From Macrostomum lignano (taxonomy: Eukaryota), in the NCBI GenBank assembly GCA_002269645.1, contig NIVC01000562.1:62001-126000 (forward strand): a stretch of DNA of 64,000 bases, written 5' to 3'. Numbering within the stretch: the stretch's first letter is position 1; every line of letters begins with the position of its first letter. This document shows positions 61,101 to 64,000 of the stretch, one piece after another. The position numbers and the translations under genes were made by a program. The notes under the pieces were generated by a model. That model was not told where the DNA came from, did not search any database, and saw nothing but the letters and a program-made list of their open reading frames with translations.

Positions 61101-62619
61101 AGGTGAGTAGTAAAGGTCGAATGAATTTAGATATTTTGACATTAGCAAATTTTCGGCTTTGGGAGTCTCCTATCTCCGCATTGTTGAAAGTTCTGAGTTG
61201 TAAAAGCGACCATCTTAAAGTACATTAATAATTATAATAAAAGCAATAATGAATTACATGTCCCAATTGGGCCAGATGTGCAACCGACAGCTCAGCCGCA
61301 GCTATTGCGCGGAGCATCTGAAGGCTGCGTACGGCTGTTCAGTCCAAGGGCTGGGGGGTCGCCACACACACCCTCAATTACCCCAGCTAATGCTGGCACC
61401 CATTTTACAGCTGGGTGAACTGAAGCAATGCAGAATTAAGTGTCTTGCTCAAGGACACAAATCGTGAGTCCTTTAAGTCGTGAGTCCGTCGCTCTAACCA
61501 CTAGGCTACAACACTAGGCTAGGAGAGTACATTAAAACAGCCTTATCGAGTAGACTAATAATAAACAGTTTTCAACTTATTATTCAAGATTCGCCCACCT
61601 GCTCGGCAAGCCGCTGCTGCTCGAGTCCAGTCTGGAGCGCGAGGTTCAGGCGGTGCACAGCGAATTCGAGTTGGCCTGCACCAATGTTGATTCGCAAATG
61701 AATTTCTTTCACAACTGGCTGGCCGGCACCGGCCACCCATGGGCGGCTTCAAGTCCGGCAACCGGTTCACCCTGTGGGAGCAACCGCGCGAACGGGGCAT
61801 CGACGTTCGACAACGCCTCGAAGCCTATTGGCGTCGGCACTACACGGCCGGCAACATGCGACTGGCTGTACAGAGCCGCATCGGCCTGGACGAACTGGAG
61901 GCCACTGTGCGCGAGTCCTTCGCCTGCCTGCAGCCTGGCCAGCCGGAGCCCCGCTCTCTGGCCCCGCCATTCGCCAACTGCGACAAATTTCACGGCCGGG
62001 TGTACAAACTGCTGCCGGCTAAGGACATGGACCGGCTGCGCCTGGCCTGGCCAGGGCCCCCAGCCCGTCTGCACGATCAGCCGCACCGGCTATTGGCCAT
62101 CTGTCTGGCCCACGAGGGCCCGGGCAGCGTGCTGGACTGCCTGCGCCGGGCCGGCCTGGCCGCCGAGCTCTGGGCCGGAGTGCGCAACCGCGGCCTGTGC
62201 GACAATCCAGCCGCTTCGCTGTTCGAAGTTGGCGTCCGGCTCACGCCGGCCGGACTGCGGGCCTGGGAGAGAATCGTTCGACTCATTTACGCCTACATCG
62301 GCCTCATGGGCCAGCGGCTCAACGAGCTGGCGAGAATCTACGCCGAGCGTAGGCGCATCTGGCGGACGGCCTTCCGGTTCCAGGAGGAGGACGAGCCGGC
62401 CGACAGCGTTGAGTTTGCCAGCTGCAACATGCACCGCCTGCAGCCGGAGATGTGGCTGATGGGCGATCGGATCGTGCGCCGATTTAACCCCGAAGCAATT
62501 GAGGACTATCGGAAACGGCTGCGGCCTCGGAACTGCTGCATTCTGCTGACCTCGCGCTCGTATGGACCAATCTGCGATCAGGTCACCGATGGACCGGCGG
62601 TGCGATTCGCTGAGCACAG
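58159..62619 (+). CDS. NRDC: Nardilysin (M16A metallopeptidase), 5' part; join(58159..58235,59492..59813,60723..61102,61589..62619); apparent 1-nt deletion at ~61737; gene continues beyond 62619
   Basis: SESDKKKYR|RILLDNGLLVLLIHE, then a long acidic insert typical of nardilysin, then KLSAAAVCVGSG...PGLAHCLEHMVFMGSAKYP (HXXEH), LEREVQAVHSEF and GHP/MGGFKSGN across the frame change. Confidence 0.85.
59843..60352. repeat. Minisatellite, 25-bp unit (CACTCACTCAATGATGAACAGCAGT), NRDC intron 2
   Basis: Direct inspection. Confidence 0.95.
60387..60680 (+). mobile_element. tRNA-derived SINE family B copy, just upstream of NRDC exon 3
   Basis: Same head, CORE-like domain and tail as the 41928 copy. 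Confidence 0.82.
61240..61515 (-). mobile_element. tRNA-derived SINE family B copy, inverted, downstream of NRDC exon 3
   Basis: Reverse complement of the 60387 copy over ~230 bp. Confidence 0.82.
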
Positions 62620-62623
62620 GTGC

Positions 62624-62624
<1 letters not shown>

Positions 62625-62717
<93 letters not shown>

Positions 62718-62742
62718 GTGTTTGTCTGTCTGTCTGTCTTAG

Positions 62743-62788
<46 letters not shown>
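62625..62788. repeat. (TGTC)n microsatellite at the start of NRDC intron 4
   Basis: Direct inspection. Confidence 0.97.
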
Positions 62789-62791
<3 letters not shown>

Positions 62792-64000
62792 GCCTTTCCT
62801 TTATGCTTTCATAGTTACATGCAGTTACCTCCCAGTTTTTAGTTATAGCCAAAAAGCATTTCCATATAGATTTTTAAAAACCGTCAAATTAGTCAGAAAC
62901 TCTAAATAAACGAAACAAAAAATCTTTGCAAAGCTTAGTAACACCAGTAAATAATGAATTCCAACATTTCAGTTTCAGCGCTACTGCCGTCTTATATTGG
63001 CAACGAAATTTTAGTTTTGTATTGATAAAAACATAGCATCCTATCGGTTTCAATGTATTATAGAGGCAAATAGGCCAGCCTTCAAATACAAATGCACAAA
63101 CCCCGATACCTCGTCCTTAAAGAAACGATACACTTTACTGAATAAAACAAGAAGAAAAATACTTAGCCTATTGTTGTACAATCTTAGCCGCTCTGCCCAC
63201 TGGGAATATTAGCTATTACCTATGGAAAACCTGCTATTTTTAGCAGGCTCCAATCGCAACGAAATGACTAATAGTGCTGTGCTGGCGCATACGTTTCCAT
63301 AGGAAATCGGGTACTATGTGAAAAAGAGTAAAAAAGCCTTGCTTACATTTGCGCTTCACTCCAATTTGCATTCCTATGAGCTATGGCTAGCGATCTATAT
63401 ATATATCTGTGCGAACTGGATTCAGTGTCAACAGTTTTAGAATTACGTTAAAAAGACACGACAGGAAGAGGCAAGGCTGCGGCATGCTATAGCCATAGCC
63501 AAGACTCTAAAGCTATATTATTTTGCAGTCTGTTGCAATGGGATGCGAAAAACTGGTTGAAGTGGTGAGGAAAAGTTGGAGAAGGTTGCTGACAGTTGGT
63601 AAAGAATCAGTGCACAGAGGTCTTAGAAATTCTATATACAGTACCAATAAATCCTTTATTGGGATATTGTGGTATCTATACTTTTAAGAAGGGCCTCTTG
63701 CGGATATTCTTTTATTCTATCTATACTTTGCAGTCTAGTCTAGATTAATAAATTGAATAGTTAAAACCGCAACACTTAGTAAACAATAGTAAACAACAAA
63801 CCTACCGACTTCAACAGCGTATTGTCAACAAGCTGAATAGTTTTAATTGAAGCATATTCTAGAATCCAAGAATTCCACGTTGCCTGTGTATTGGTATTAT
63901 ATTACCAACTAAGAGTTTTTTGTAATGTTGATTAACATCTGGACTTTCGGTTTGGCGTCAAGATTTTACATCTAAGATGTTGTGACCAATTGAAATTGTT

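Overview
Eukaryotic (animal) genomic DNA: GC-rich exons, GT-AG introns, many locus-specific minisatellites and tRNA-derived SINEs. The style resembles a free-living flatworm such as Macrostomum (inference only). Seven protein-coding genes were reconstructed by hand from splice sites and frames: SAC2/INPP5F (-), CLHC1 (+), a small secreted 10-Cys three-finger (Ly6/uPAR/Quiver-like) protein (-), an FGD-type RhoGEF (-), an Iroquois homeobox gene (-), NEDD8 (-) and the 5' part of nardilysin (+, with a 1-nt frameshift at ~61737). Most long ORFs in the supplied track are artefacts of tandem repeats. The most notable signal is a set of sharply bounded, almost CpG-free, TpA-rich domains upstream of the two divergent housekeeping pairs. 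One contains a mariner fossil whose Trp/Gln/Arg codons are mutated to TAG/TAA, a CpG plus CpA C-to-T pattern resembling fungal RIP. Other highlights: an inverted SINE pair enclosing the nardilysin active-site exon, intronic minisatellites carrying repeated splice signals, and a nested DNA-transposon cluster with overlapping target-site duplications.
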